In this document: positions 1 through 14,767 of the stretch, one piece after another
Position numbering within the stretch: the stretch's first letter is position 1
How the letters are laid out: each line of letters opens with the position of its first letter
NCBI RefSeq assembly: GCF_006345805.1
Contig: NC_043006.1
Location: forward strand, 12,710,001-12,774,000
DNA length: 64,000 nt
Direction of reading: 5' to 3'
Source: Octopus sinensis
Taxonomy: Eukaryota
The notes under the pieces: generated by a model
The model's input: the letters and a program-made list of their open reading frames with translations, nothing else
What the model was told of the DNA's origin: nothing
Databases searched by the model: none
Translations under genes and position numbers: made by a program

Positions 1-39
1 ACTCAGTCTTTTCTCGGTTCTGTATGTTCAAAACACGCG

Positions 40-320
40 CGCTCACACACACAGACGTATGCCCGGACACACACATATGGAGAGAGAGAATGAGAAAGTT
101 AGTGAGAGAGAAAATGGAGGGAGTGAGAGGGATTGCAAATTATGCATAACACAACAGCATCTTAAAATGCTACACAATTTCCAACACATAGATATATAAA
201 TGTAGATAGATAGATATGCATATATACATACACACACACACACACACATGTATATATATATACAAATATATACATATATATGTATATATATATATACATA
301 CATACATATATACACACACA

Positions 321-362
<42 letters not shown>

Positions 363-590
363 ATCATATATATATATACATATATACATACCTGGATACA
401 CATAACCATATGTATACATGAGTGAATATATATATGCATACATAAATTGTGTTATGTGTGTATATATATATATATATATTATATGTATATATAGCCATAC
501 AAGTTGATAGATGGATAAATAGACAAACACATACACACATACACTAACACACACGTACACACACACACACACACACACAACACACACACA

Positions 591-646
<56 letters not shown>

Positions 647-650
647 GTTC
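40..650. repeat. Compound (CA)/(GA)/(TA) microsatellite region
   Basis: Direct inspection. Confidence 0.9.
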
Positions 651-1499
651 ACACATTTCCCTTTACCCTTCTTGCCGTATTTCATTACGGTTTGTGCCTC
701 TCCACTACACTTCTCTAATTTTCTTTTCCCTACTACGTATCACTTCTTATAAGCTGCTCAGTTTTGCTCCTTTTTTCTGCAACAATCTCTTTTCCATTCT
801 TTATTGTTTTCACATTTCAGCCATTTAGAATTAAGTATCTTTAAATTGTGCTTTGTACCGTATATGGCTTTTATATCTATTTATTTATTTTTTTATAACA
901 ATATTACGTTGAATCTACTTATAATGTACATGCACGCAGAGCAAAGGTGTACCATAGTTTCGTCTTGCAATACTCAGGTATTAGGCTCAAAATCCTTTCA
1001 CCAAAAGTTTTGATATTGTGCCTAAAGCAGGAACTATTATATTAAAATAAATCAAGGCAATGTATATTTTATCGCTTCATTTAGTGGCCTTTACATAATG
1101 TTTGATTGAACATGCTGGAAATAATATACATACATACAGACATGCATAAATACATATACATATATATATATATATGTACATATCTATCTATCTATATCCA
1201 TACGTAAGTGCATTCATACATGCATATACAATAACACTCATGAAATGCTATAAAAAATTCGTCATGTATATATATATAACTAGCAACTTTTCTTATATAT
1301 ATATATATGACAGCCAAAGTGGTTGAAAGACACTGCACGAAACTGCACAGAAAATTATGGCCGGTTGAATTAGCAACTGTGCATAATATTTACATTGGAA
1401 ACATGTGTAGGTCATCGTAACCATTAAAATATACTGTATGACATTTTAAAATAAAGGGAAATAATTTTTAGGATGGACCAGTCTCTGCGATTGCAATTA

Positions 1500-1880
<381 letters not shown>

Positions 1881-2281
1881 AGTTGTATAAATGATATTAA
1901 TGGAGACATATGAAGCAAGTTTTGATTTTAAAATTAAATGAAAGAGAAAACTAGAGTATGTGACGTAGAATGTAACACGAATAAGATATGACGTCACAAA
2001 ATGAAACCGCATTTTAGATGCCTATTTGTATCTCCTACTCACTTCTACACACTAGACTATCATTCTTTTATTCATCAATTCTGCATTAGTCTTTGTACAT
2101 ATCTTTTTTTTCATCGGTCGTCTCTCTTTTAACCTAATGGCTCTTTGGGCCTTTAATCTTTGGTGAATTATTATGGTATGGATCTCAAAGTTGGTACCAA
2201 GTTTAGAAAGATTCAGTTTATTTCCCGAGAAGTACACACTGGCTTGCCAATTCAATGAAAACACACATAGACACATAGATA

Positions 2282-2690
2282 GGCGCAGGAGTGGCTGTGT
2301 GGTAAGTAGCTTGTTTACTAACCATATGGTTCCGGGTTCAATCCCACTACGTGGCACCTTGGGCAAGTGTCTTCTGCTATAGCCTCGGGCCGACCAAAGC
2401 CTTGTGAGTGGATTTGGTAGACGGAAACTGAAAGAAGCCTGTCGTATATATGTATTTTTATGTATGTATGTGTGTGAGTGTATGTTTGTGTTTGTCCCGC
2501 TAGCATTGCTTGACAACCGATGCTGGTGTGTTTATGTCCCCGTCACTTAGCGGTTCGGCAAAAAAGACCGATTGAATAAGTACTGGGCTTACAAAGAATA
2601 AGTCCCGGGGTCGAGTTGCTCGATTAAATGCGGTGCTCCAGCATGGCCGCAGTCAAATGACTGAAACCAGTAAAAGAGTAAAGAGTAAAG
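2282..2690 (+). mobile_element. SINE family A (about 400 bp; tRNA-like head, CORE-like ccttgggcaag, internal TA/CA tract, (taaaagag)n tail)
   Basis: Near-identical copies at 45050, 53827 and 61617. B-box-like ggttcaatccc is present, with a short tandem tail. Confidence 0.85.
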
Positions 2691-3033
2691 ATACGCTCAT
2701 AGACACTCGTGCAGACTTACATGTATGAACGTGTGTAACTAAGTGTTTAAGTATGGTATATGAATATATATTATATTATACTTCACTGTTCCGACCAGAT
2801 TACAAGGGTTATTTCACAAAGCTGGTCACATGGCGGCAATGTGTTACCTCGCATTGTGGTGGCTTTCGAATGAAGGTACGTGGCATGCTAGGTGGGTGGA
2901 GTCTGTTGTACGGTTACACACTGAAACAACGTGAAACGAAGTGTCCTGCTCATGAACACAACGCGAAACCTATAACTCTGTGATTGTGAATGCAACACGC
3001 AACACCCTAACTCCTAAGCGATGCTCTTTCACG

Positions 3034-3087
<54 letters not shown>

Positions 3088-3561
3088 ATATATATATATA
3101 TAAATGTTGCGTAGGTGTGGGTGGGTGAGATATACAGAAACACACACACATGTATATATGTATGTATTCATGTAACTTGTGTACCTATGTGTGTACGTAT
3201 GTATGTATATATGTAGGTAGGTATATGTTTTTATATACGTATGTATATTTACATACCTATCTGCATGCGTGTATGTATGCTTACATATATATATATATAT
3301 AGTATGTACATATAGTATATTTATATATATTTTTCACAAAGAATATTTTTATTATAGAGATTAAATTTATTTCCCTTCCACATGTCAAAATATTATAAGC
3401 CTTGTAATCAAAATGTGTTAACCGTCTCTGCTAGATATTTTGAAAAATGTGTGATATCAGCCTCTGATTTGTCAATTCTTACAGTTGTATATTAATTTGC
3501 TTTCATAATTTGAATAACTTAATTACATGCATACATATTGATACATACGTGCGCACACACG

Positions 3562-3629
<68 letters not shown>

Positions 3630-3726
3630 ATATCGGTATCAAATAAAATAAATGTTGATTAATTGGTGATAGATTTTTTTTTGATTTTGGTTAATTTTCG
3701 AACATTAATGAAACATCAAAAGTTAC

Positions 3727-3786
3727 CTTTCTATCTGATCTGACAAATATTTAATTCTACTTGATGATAATCGAGTTCTTTTAACC
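3727..3786 (-). CDS. Putative internal coding exon (60 nt, phase 2 to 2): VKRTRLSSSRIKYLSDQIE
   Basis: Acceptor ccccatattcctgcag|G, strong donor AAAG|gtaact. One frame is open and phase-compatible with the upstream candidates. Confidence 0.45.
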
Positions 3787-3855
3787 CTGCAGGAATATGG
3801 GGCCTATATGAAATACCAACATCATACAATAATAATAACGATAATAATTATATAT

Positions 3856-3922
<67 letters not shown>

Positions 3923-4034
3923 TTGCAGTGCACCACAACTTGATTAAATATGCTATCTAAAGCGGAAATATTAATTTTCTTTTCAGCAAGTAAATGTTTT
4001 CCTAAATTGCAGCTCTTAGTTAAATTATATATAT

Positions 4035-4065
<31 letters not shown>

Positions 4066-5743
4066 TATTACATACATAATACGTCAGTGTATATATGCAT
4101 GTATAACGAACGTCTATAAAAAAAGTAACATTTAACGCGCCAAAGTATTCACATCAAAGATTCGTTGCTATTAAAAATAGACAGTATATATATATAAGGA
4201 TTTCTTCATCAAATTTTTCCCGGTGTAAACTGAACGTACATCCAAACACATCCACACACAGGTCGACACACATGCCCACACACGCACAGACATAATGTGA
4301 GAAGTAATTGAAGGAAGTCATTCAGAGTGAGAGAGAAAGAAAACAGCAGAGAGCGAGAGAGAGAGAAAGTGAAAGTAAATACATAGATTCAACATGGATG
4401 AAAATGTGATTTCGAGTTGTTTTCCATTAAATTCAATGCGCCATAACAGATATTAGTTTAACAACAAAGCGATGAGTAATGGAATGAGAGGGGATAAGAA
4501 ACAAAAACAAAAATAAAAGAAAAGAAAAAAGGCATGAATTGTTTAACTTTCAGTAAAATGAATCCCTGTTAACTAGCGCAAAGTTAATGAGAAATAAGAA
4601 ACGTAGTTTGTGATTTTAAAAAAACAAACCTATTGCGTTTTTGTGTTCCAAATGAAAGCCTACCCGCGGCATCTTCTATAGTTTTTTTCTCTAAATGTAT
4701 TTATGTACGTATATGTTTTTTTCAATAAAACTCATTATAATATAATTTTATAGCCAAATAAGCAGTTATTTTCTATTATGTTAAACATAATTATAATCTA
4801 ACAAACCTGAAAATATATTACGGCACTTTCGTTGAAGAATACTCTGTTTTACACGCACACGTACCCTCGCAGAGACATATACAAATGCATGTATAATCTA
4901 TTTTTATATCCGAGTCTGTTTATCCAACTACGTTCACACATACACATACACACTCACACATACATATATGTGTATATGTGTGCTTTTACGTATATTGATA
5001 TTTCTATTGTTATATACGTAGATACATATAAAAATAAATATATTATATATTTATAATATACATATTCGTGTGTGTGTATATTTGTGTGCATATATATACT
5101 ATATTATATCATATTATGATATATATTACATGTACAGCTTTCAACCGTCGGTTGGTAGAATAGGTAACAGCCCGAGGCAGAACGCAGTGGTGTGGTGGCC
5201 AGTTCGTCTAGCCGCGCTCTTGAGTTCAAATGACGTGTTTTATCCACCGCCAATCCACTTCCAATCTTCTCTTGCTTTCTCTCTAAATGATACCAGCAAT
5301 ACAATGTTACAGCCTATCGCACTGTGTCACCTGAATTAGCCTGACATTTGCTTAAAGCGTACACGTAACTGTTGAATAATCGACAGTTTATTCAGTAATT
5401 TTCACAAGTAGAAAGTTAGATGGTCGTGCATCGTCGAAATTGGTGGAGAATCTACCACATAGTTTTTTTCTGTTATTCTGTGTGTCAGGAGAACAAGGAA
5501 GAGGAATGTAATGTGAAACTGAATGCACTTCATCGAAATTCAAAGATTTGGTTTTATCTCTTATCCGAATGACTAATCATTTGATGATGAATCGCAAATA
5601 ACTTCTCGTTTATTTTCACGCATAACAAACTTATAACAAAACTATATTAAAACCCACAAAAAATACATTACATTGTTACAAAATCTCACTTGAAAACAAT
5701 ACTCCATGCCTGTGCTAGACGAAACCCGGTTCCACTTTAACTT

Positions 5744-5979
5744 AAAAGGCGGCGAGCTGGCAGAAACGTTAGCGCGCCGGGCGAAATGCTTTGCGGTATT
5801 TCGTCTGCCGTTACGTTCTAAGTTCAAATTCCGCCGAGGTCGACTTTGTCTTTCACCCTTTCGGGGTCGATAAAGTAAAGTACCAGTTACGCACTGGGGT
5901 CGATGTAGTCGACTTAATACCTATGTCTGTCCTTGTTTGTCTCCTCTATGTTTAGCCCCTTGTGGGTAATAAAGAAATA
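5744..5979 (+). mobile_element. SINE family B monomer with 16-bp TSD
   Basis: Head ggcggcgagctggcagaaacgttagc and B-box-like aagttcaaattcc. The TSD ggttccactttaactt is at 5728-5743 and 5980-5995. From memory the core ctttcatcctttcggggtcgata resembles the Deu/Nin SINE domain (not verified). Confidence 0.9.
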
Positions 5980-6689
5980 GGTTCCACTTTAACTTGCTAA
6001 TTCCTAAGTATCAACTATTACTGGCCTATTAGAAAAAGATTAAAGATTTTTGTTTTAAATTGGTCTAGCCTTTCATAATAGATTAGCAAACAGAAAATAA
6101 AAGTAAATTATTTAAGGCTGTTATCTTGCTCGAAGAAACGTCGATAGACTCCGATTAATCCTCTTTCTATCTCATACAGAAAAACAGCTAAACCTTTAGA
6201 ATCAGTAAAAGTTAGCTTGGACAATGTCCTTTCATTGCCCATGGAGGCTCACATTCCTAATCTCAACTAGTGTTACTGAACAATATCCATCCTCACTAAA
6301 CTCACATCCAACAAACTGGGACATACTGAAGCAGTCAATTCATCTCCTTTAATAACTATTATGTCACTGCAAACCATATACAAACAAATTTCAGCTGATT
6401 TATCACAATTTCTCTGTCCCATTGTAACTCCATGTCAATCTAAATCCTCTCTTTTGATAATACGTGTAGACATTCCAATTTATTTACTTCTCAACTTGTG
6501 TAAAACCACCGTCTCTGAATTCGATAATACTCAGTGCTCCACTGAACAGTGACCTCTGATCTGTTTCCTGTGGCACCCTCTATTCCATCCATTCCAACTA
6601 CAGATACAGCACATTATCTTTTCGTCATTACATACGACATATATGATTATTATAACCAAATTTATCATACCATTACATTTCAAACGATA

Positions 6690-6965
6690 TTCTTCGTGGG
6701 TACGCGCTGCCTCACGACTCAGAGCCATGCTCCGGATGCGCCGGCACGGATATATCCTCCTCTGCCTTCCACCAGATCATCCTACAAGGGCCGTACGCCG
6801 CAGCTGCTGCCGGCTCGAAGGGATCCCGAGGCAAGCCCCGCACAAGATGTTTGGATGCTCTCCCGAAGCTCGACATCACATTGAGGTGGACCTGGTCGGC
6901 TCTACACGTGGTGACACCTCTGGGACCGCTAATCTAGAATGAACCCAGCCACATCGAGCAAGAGC
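6690..6965 (+). mobile_element. LINE (RTE-like) ORF 3'-end relic
   Basis: Frameshifted translation gives RWHGYIL..LPPDHPTRAV..GSRGKPRTRCLDAL, matching RRLRWxGHxxR...GxRPRGRPxxRW. A (GA)n tract follows. Confidence 0.7.
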
Positions 6966-7619
6966 ATGGAGAGAGAGAGAGAGAGAGACAGAGAGACAGA
7001 CAGAGACAGAGGGAGTCAAAGAGAAAGAAAGAGAGAGTCAGAGAGAGAAAGAGAGAGATGTCATCCACACAGATAAAATTTCCAACATCTGTTGCTATAT
7101 GATACACGTAGTAAATCGACAGCGATGCTCACTCCTTGGGACTAGATGTATACGGTATGCACCCCCAGTCATCAACTTGTTAAACGTTTTTTAAGCAACA
7201 AGCGAACGATGTACAACTGTTTACATCGCAGTGGTAATTACTATATACAATAAAAACATTAGCTAAATGGGATACCGATATAACCTGCCTAACTTCATTA
7301 ATACCACATCACTGATCGGGTAAAAAACGCAAGTTTCTCAGTTGTATCCTGTATAATTAAGAAAATAGCAACATATCATAGCATTGCCACCTTCATGTAT
7401 CTAATAAGGACAGTATAACCAATCCTGCTCTTTATATACTCAGGTACAATCACTAGCGAAAAACCACTGTATAGAGAGGCTGTCAGGGTATCTTCGTTGA
7501 ACCCAACAATTAAAAAAAAATAACAGTAGGAACAAAAGCAAGTGCCGCAAACTTATCCTGCAGTGTAGCTACCAATAAAAACACTACATATATCAATCAT
7601 ATAATTTAATCTTTAATGC

Positions 7620-7837
7620 GCCCTTTTAAAGTTTAGCCAGGCTCATGGGCTCGGTTCTCCGGTTTCTATGGCGTATTTCTTCCCTAGCGTTACTCATTTT
7701 TGCCATCTGAGTGGACTGGAGCTAAGTGAAATGAAGTATTTTGCTCAAGAACACAACGCGTCGCCCGGTCCAGGAGTCGAAACCACGATCTTACGATCAT
7801 GGTGCGGATACCCTAACCACTAATCCACGCGCCTCCA
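7620..7837 (-). mobile_element. CORE-type SINE copy
   Basis: Matches 12105-12351. The tail agccaggctcatggg..ccggtttc is shared with 54843, 60718 and 49245. Confidence 0.8.
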
Positions 7838-8649
7838 CATAATATATCAATCTTACAAGAAACAAAATAATGCAACAATATTCTAAATCCATTTGCGCTC
7901 TGCTGTCATTTCAATGCTCAAAATAGAATTGGTAATAAACTATCATGACTATAATACTAATCTTCGGCAACATGACACACAGTTAACTTTTTACCATTTT
8001 AATTAGAAAAGTGTGGCAGAAGGACGAATCTTGAAATCGAAAAAAATCCTGAGCCGAAGAATTGCAACATAGTGAACTACGCCAAGTGTTAGGTGGTTGG
8101 TATTAAGTCGAGCGACTTGTTAAATTTTGGCTTTATAAGCAATCCTACTTAATGCACCGTACATCAGGTTATCCGTATATGCTCAAGAAATAGAAGATGC
8201 AACAAAGAAAAATGTGAAAATAGACAATTCATATACATATGTCAAACATATTTCAAAATATCAGGCAAACACGGTTAACAGGTTTCGCTTTCGAGCCTAA
8301 TCTCATAACACGAGAAACAAATGTAAACCTAATCCCATAATGAAAAGATCATTTGCGTAAAAGATACAACACGTGCATGCAGAGATACATAGATATATGA
8401 ATACATGCACGCATACACAGATACATACGAACAAACGTACTTACACAGGCATACGTAGGTACGTACATACATGTAAATATACATACATACACACATATAT
8501 ATATATATACATAATACATAGTTACATACATACATGCATGCATACATACATACATGAATGCATACATACATACATACATACATACATACATACATACAGG
8601 CACGTTTGCAGAACAGACACAGTTCAGCCGGGTTTTTTATTTCCATCCT

Positions 8650-9030
8650 AACCAAGACCCATCTCAAAAACTATCATTATTCTCGTCGCTCATGTAGGCT
8701 GAAGTAAAGAAAATTATACATGGATCTGTACATATTCATCCTGGGGAAACAAAGCATTGGAATGCAGGCTCTGGCGCTAGCCATGCTTCTCCTCAGTTCA
8801 AAGATTTGAGCAAAGTTGACGCCAACATCGGGGCCAACTGCGTACAAGCACGAAGCCACGTTGCCAAAACGCCACTGCTCAAAATAGAAAGCTTACCTGC
8901 CGTTGCGGTTTTGTAGTTAATGATCCACAAGCACCCGAGCAAACTGGGTCCCCAACTTGTTCCATTAGCCAAAAGGTTTGCAAGGCACCAGCAAACCTCA
9001 AGAGACACATGCGTGTCCATAGCACATGAT
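8650..9030 (+). mobile_element. RTE-like LINE 3' end with C-terminal C2H2 finger relic
   Basis: One frame reads SWGNKALECRLWR*PCFSSVQRFEQS*RQH...PTCSISQKVCKAPANLKRHMRVHST*, with in-frame stops. Confidence 0.7.
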
Positions 9031-9308
9031 TACGGCTTTATTTTACTGAACCCTTATATTACTGAACCATTTCTCGTTCAAGACCAGAGAAAGTATTAGG
9101 GATCAATTCTGGAATGGGAATGAAAATTACATGGCAAATATTTTTAGTTTTCATTCCCCTCGAGAATTTATCTCTAATTAGTGGTTTGAATTTTTAACTG
9201 TTCTTTCTAGCGCAAGCCTTTCCTATGATGGAAGCCTCTTAATGTGTTTTAATGTACACGATATCTGATATACATATGTGTGTATATATATACATATATA
9301 TATATATA

Positions 9309-9459
<151 letters not shown>

Positions 9460-9710
9460 TAAGCATAGGTATATGTGTGTCTGTTTGCGTCTCCCTATTT
9501 CCACACCGCCCGATATTTTTAAAACGAGCGTGACCGTCATGCATGCGGTGTTTTTGTTTCTCGTTTTCATGAAGTATGTGATGGGGAAATATTCCTTTGA
9601 TCGGATACAAATGGATGTTGGCAAAAGTAACTGCCTCCGGCTGTAGAAAATCTGCTTCAACGCATCTCATATCTACCATGCAAGCGTGGAATTGTGAACG
9701 TTACAATGGT

Positions 9711-9726
9711 GATGATGATGGTGATG

Positions 9727-9766
<40 letters not shown>

Positions 9767-9845
9767 AGTAGTAGTAGTAGCAGCAGCAGCAGCCATAGGA
9801 AGAAGTGGATGTTGAGGATGATGATACTGATGATGACGATGATTA
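9711..9845. repeat. Compound trinucleotide tract (GAT)/(AGT)n/(CAG)
   Basis: Direct inspection. Confidence 0.9.
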
Positions 9846-10289
9846 AGACGGGGATGATGGGCGTGTTACAAAGCCACATATATGTGATTTTACACAACGA
9901 ATCTTAATATTTTATTTATCTTTTATGTTTTTACTTCTAGTTTTTTTTTGTTTGGTATCAAACCTTTTGTTATCAAAACTTCTTTCTCTTTTCTTAGATC
10001 ATAGATATATTTCTGAGTAGAAATATTTTAAATAAACATTAATTTGTTTTGTAAAATAAAAATAAAAACATCATTTCCTTACAAATATTTTTCTATAAAA
10101 ATAATAAGAGATAAATCTATAAAGAACAGTTTTGTGAATTAATTGCCACACATAACTGATAATTAATCAATCATCAATATCATGATATCTCATTTCAATA
10201 TTAATTTGTCTTTTGTCCATTCTTTCGTACTGGCTTTTTGTTAGTAATCCAGCAACTCTACAAGACAATCTATAAATACATAATTTGTA

Positions 10290-10849
10290 TTGGGTTGTCC
10301 GGAAAGTTCGTGCCGATTTATAGTAGCTCACCTTTCGACCTATTTTAGAACATGGCTGAGTCCATAAAATAGGATTTGACTACACCTCCATTTAGAGAAC
10401 AGTTTAAGCTATCTTTTGGTGGAAGAAGGTTTATGTTCCTATAACCTGTATTAATTCTGTAACCCTTTAAAATGGAAGATAAGAAAGTTCATTATCAGCA
10501 CTTGATGCTTTGGGAACCAGACAAAAATTGATGCAGCTCGGCTAGGATGTGTTACCCCATCCTGCATATTCACCAGATATAACTCCTTCGGATTTCCACT
10601 TACTCAGGTCTCTGCAGAATAGTCTTAATGGTAAAAATTTCAATTCCTTGGAGGACATAAAAAGATACCTTGATGAATAATTTGCCATGAAACCACCTCA
10701 ATTCTGGGAAGAGGGTGTTTTCAAGTTAAAGGAAAGATGTAGACGCATTGTGCAACAAAATGGTTCTTTTTTGATCGATTAAAAATGTAATGGCAAGTAT
10801 TTATTGACCTACCTCTTTCCTTTAAAATTCAGCACGAGCTTTCCGGACA
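10290..10849 (+). mobile_element. Internally deleted mariner element
   Basis: TIRs ttgggttgtccggaaagttcgtgccgattt and aaattcagcacgagctttccggaca. MEDKKVHYQHLMLW is joined to LPHPAYSPDITPSDFHLLRSLQNSLNGKNF..QNGSFLID*. Confidence 0.9.
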
Positions 10850-11261
10850 TATATTGGTCGTGTTTAATTTTTCACGCGACTATACAGTGTAGGATGAGTA
10901 ATAACAACACTTTTGCAACATTGACGGTGCCAAATGTCAATGGTATTATCTCTACGTGACAGGTCATTTTCTATACCTCATGTATATATTTTTAAGCATC
11001 GTATTGTAAATCTTTGCTTTCTAAATTTTATATGGTTTTAATATAATCTAAAAAAATCTACAAATAAATTTTATTGTATTGGCGGCTTGATTGATCTGAA
11101 GGTTTTATACCTACAAAATTACATTAAACAGCAATCAAAAACCACATAACTTTTCAAAATAATGAGTATACTAAAACTTCACGTTCAAATAAATTATTTC
11201 TATCACAAGTCGTTTTGATAAAGTTGTAGCACTAAACATATATGCATACATATATCCATCG

Positions 11262-11321
<60 letters not shown>

Positions 11322-11472
11322 CACGCACGAATACACTAAGTTTTACGAGGAAAGGTTGGACTTCGAAATTTCTGCTTATAATGCGTCATCAGACGGTTGA
11401 AGAGATGTGAATATGGAAAATTGTAAAAGGTTTGTGTGTGTGTCTATGTCCGTGTCTATATGTGTATCTCTG

Positions 11473-11860
11473 TGGAGGCGCAATGGCCCAGTGGTTAGGG
11501 CAGCGGACTCGCGGTCATAGGATCGCGGTTTCGATTCCCAGACCGGGCGTTGTGAGTGTTTATTGAGCGAAAACACCTAAAGCTCAACGAGGCTCCGGCA
11601 GGGGATGGTGGTGATCCCTGCTGTACTCTTTCACAACAACTTTCTCTCACTCTTACTTCCTGTTTCTGTTGTACCTGTATTTCAAGGGGCCGGCCTTGTC
11701 ACTCTCTGAGTCACGCTGAATCTCCGTGTGAACTACGTTAAGTGTACACGTGTCTGTGGAGTGCTCAGCCACTTACGCGTTAATTTCACGAGCAGGCTGT
11801 TCCGTTGATTCGGATCAACCGGAACCCTCGTCGTCGTAACCGACGGAGTGCTTCCATCAT
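11473..11860 (+). mobile_element. SINE family C (tRNA-derived head tggaggcgcaatggcccagtggttagggcagcgg)
   Basis: A-box-like tggcccagtgg and B-box-like ggtttcgattccc. The head is shared with 21703, 41965, 54843 and 60718. Confidence 0.85.
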
Positions 11861-12104
11861 CCCATGTGTATCTCTGTGTGTGTGTGTGTATGTTTGTATA
11901 TTTTATATTGTGTGGTCGCGCTTGTGCGTGTTTGTGTGTGTGTGTGTGTGTATGTATGTATTTGTGTGTGAGTGTGTAGAGGCGAGTAACCCGAAGCTTT
12001 GAATTAACTCTCAACTTGTTCTTACAAAATATTGAGTAATTCTTAAGTTTAATTTTGAATTGAAAAAGAAAGATTAATATATGCGCGTGTGTATATAAAG
12101 AAAT

Positions 12105-12351
12105 GCACCCTTTTAAAGCCTAGCCAGGCTCATGGACCCGGTTTCCCTGTTTCTATGGCGCATGTGCTCCCCAGCTGGACGGGTCGCCAAGTCCATCGCA
12201 GCGTTACTCATTTTTGCCAGCTGAGGGGACTGGAGCAACGTGAAATGAAATGTTTTGCTCAAGAACACAACGCGTCGCACGGTCCAGGAATCGAAACCAC
12301 AATCTTACGATCATGGTGCTGACAGCCTAACCACTAAGCCACGCACCTCCA
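12105..12351 (-). mobile_element. CORE-type SINE copy
   Basis: Matches 7620-7837. Confidence 0.8.
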
Positions 12352-13169
12352 ACATGCGCGTGTGTATACTTACACACATATATCTGTCTGTCTGTCTGTA
12401 AGTATATATCTTATAATAATGAGTATGCGTCGATATGTGTGAGTTGGTGACTGAAATCTTTCACCCGTTTATCATACACGATACCTAAGAAAAATGCACT
12501 GATGTAATTTCCACTTGTAATAACTTCCGGTACAAAACAGCGTCTCATCAAGTTGCCGAAAGTCGTGACAGAAGCATGGGTTCTTGCTCGTTCAATCTAA
12601 CACTGCCTTAACTGAGATATGTTGGCTTCCTGTCAATGGTCTTATAATTTGTTGAATTATATTGTAGTTGAAATTAATATATTTTGCAAGAGTATGAAAG
12701 ACACAGTACGTTAAATAATGGACATAGAAACGTTTCATTTTACTTTTAAAATGAATTCAGAATAGGTTTGTTTCGCTTTTATACACTTTTATATGATTTT
12801 ACATGATTTATAGTCGTGTGATATCTATACGTTTACATAAACAATAGAACAACTGTTTTGCAGCTCCGGTAAATGATCATTTTAACACCAAGCACTTTTA
12901 CTTCATGGTTTGATAAACATATGCAATCATTCAGTTTGTTGAGGACACAGTATGTTATGGAAAAGGCTATAGAATTTAGTAGAAATGAAAAAAGTAAATA
13001 ACAATTGACATTTTATACGTTTACAAGAGATCAATTTTTCACACTGTCCTTAAATGCGGGCATTGAAGTAATGAACTGACCAATGTGTTCGTTCAACCAC
13101 CTATTCTAAAACAGTGAAATAGAAACTGTAGAAGGAAGCGGGTGGACAAGATAAAGGGCGATAGAAAAT

Positions 13170-14170
13170 TATTGCTTATTTTGAATTTTGCTGAAACAAG
13201 AAACTGGTATATGGACATTCAGATAAAAATTCCACAAAACAGAAAAATAGCATTCAGCCAACACATAGATAGTTGCGCCAACAACAAAACACCAAGCTTC
13301 AGGATTTTCCCCCCTCTACCAATTCAGGGACGATACAACCTCGAGGCAACGAATAAGTAAAGAAATTCTCTTTATTACAAAATACAGGCCACTTCTTAAC
13401 GGTTCTACGACAAACGATATATACACCTCAGCTTTAGAATAACACAAATACACACGCAAATATTACATTCCAAAGAATCCATTACAAATCAGCCCCAATC
13501 ACAGCTATAACCCATAACGTGCCAACTTCAAGTCATACAACACCTCACTACTTCCACTCATTCATATTCTCCCTTCTCTTTCTTCTCTTCCTCATCATTA
13601 TCATCATCATCATCATCATCGTCATCATCATCACCATCATCATCTTCTTCTTCTCTTTCTCCTTCTTCATCAACATCGTCATCATCATCATCATTATCTT
13701 CTTCTTCTTCTGCTCCACCTTCTACTTCTTAACTTTATCAGTAATGCTTTTTAGTATAACACCTACGCAAATTATATAAACAAACCTTTCAATAGAAATA
13801 TTCTCATGAATTGAACTTCAACTGCTAGTCGCCACTGACCATTCAAAATACGACAATCAAGGCACTCCCAATTTTCCCACCCCTTCTCCTCATCATCCTT
13901 CTTCTTCTTATTCTTCTTCTTCTACCCTACCAAGAATTCACAACGACCTCAAACCCACAAGTGTAAACAAGAGAGACAGAGAAAGGCAGAAACAAGGAAA
14001 ATGCCACTTATATTTAAACACTGTACAAATATTACTTTAAAAAAACTTTTCTTTTAATTTTTCTAAATTCAATTATGTAATCGTTACAGTTGAAAAGGTC
14101 TCAAAATGACCGAAACCGGTACTGAAATGTTCTTTATAAAATTATTTTAGCATTTTCTATCTTGACTTGT
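13170..14170 (+). mobile_element. Penelope-like element 3' part (GIY-YIG C-terminus plus pLTR-like region)
   Basis: Reads QIKIPQNRKIAFSQHIDSCANNKTPSFRIF/YQFRDDTTSRQRISKEILFITKYRPLLN, then (ATC)/(TTC) tracts and a hammerhead-like motif at 14085-14126. Confidence 0.65.
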
Positions 14171-14550
14171 TTTTTCATATATATCAACTCGTGTGTTCCT
14201 TTTCACCCTTATATATACATATATATATATATATATATTTACATGCAAACATTCATACATTTATAAATATTTACATATATATATATATATATATATACAT
14301 GCATATATTCATACATACATACATAGATACATACAAAATGGCTGACGGTTAGTAAGGAGAGACACAAATAAGTGAGAAGAAAACAAAGAGCCACTGATGC
14401 GGTCACAGAAGTGTGACGAAAGAACTCTGGTCGAAATAAGATTAAGATTAATGTAAAAAATAAATAACACTGAAGCAAAGTAACACCAAATATATAGTGC
14501 GTGTGTTTTTATTAACTAAACTGGCAAAATGACCATTCCGAATATAACAA

Positions 14551-14600
<50 letters not shown>

Positions 14601-14664
14601 ATATATATATACATGCATATATTCATACATACATAGATAGATACATACATAGATAGAGAGATAC

Positions 14665-14767
<103 letters not shown>

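Noticed and set aside
2848-2887. Possible next minus-strand exon (S)MPRTFIRKPPQCE, phase-compatible with the 3727 exon
   Set aside because: It abuts an old CORE-SINE relic and may be part of it. Not supported without RNA data.
6200-6620. Possible RTE RT-domain relic on the minus strand
   Set aside because: Only vague similarity (LGCEFSEDGYCS). No diagnostic motif.
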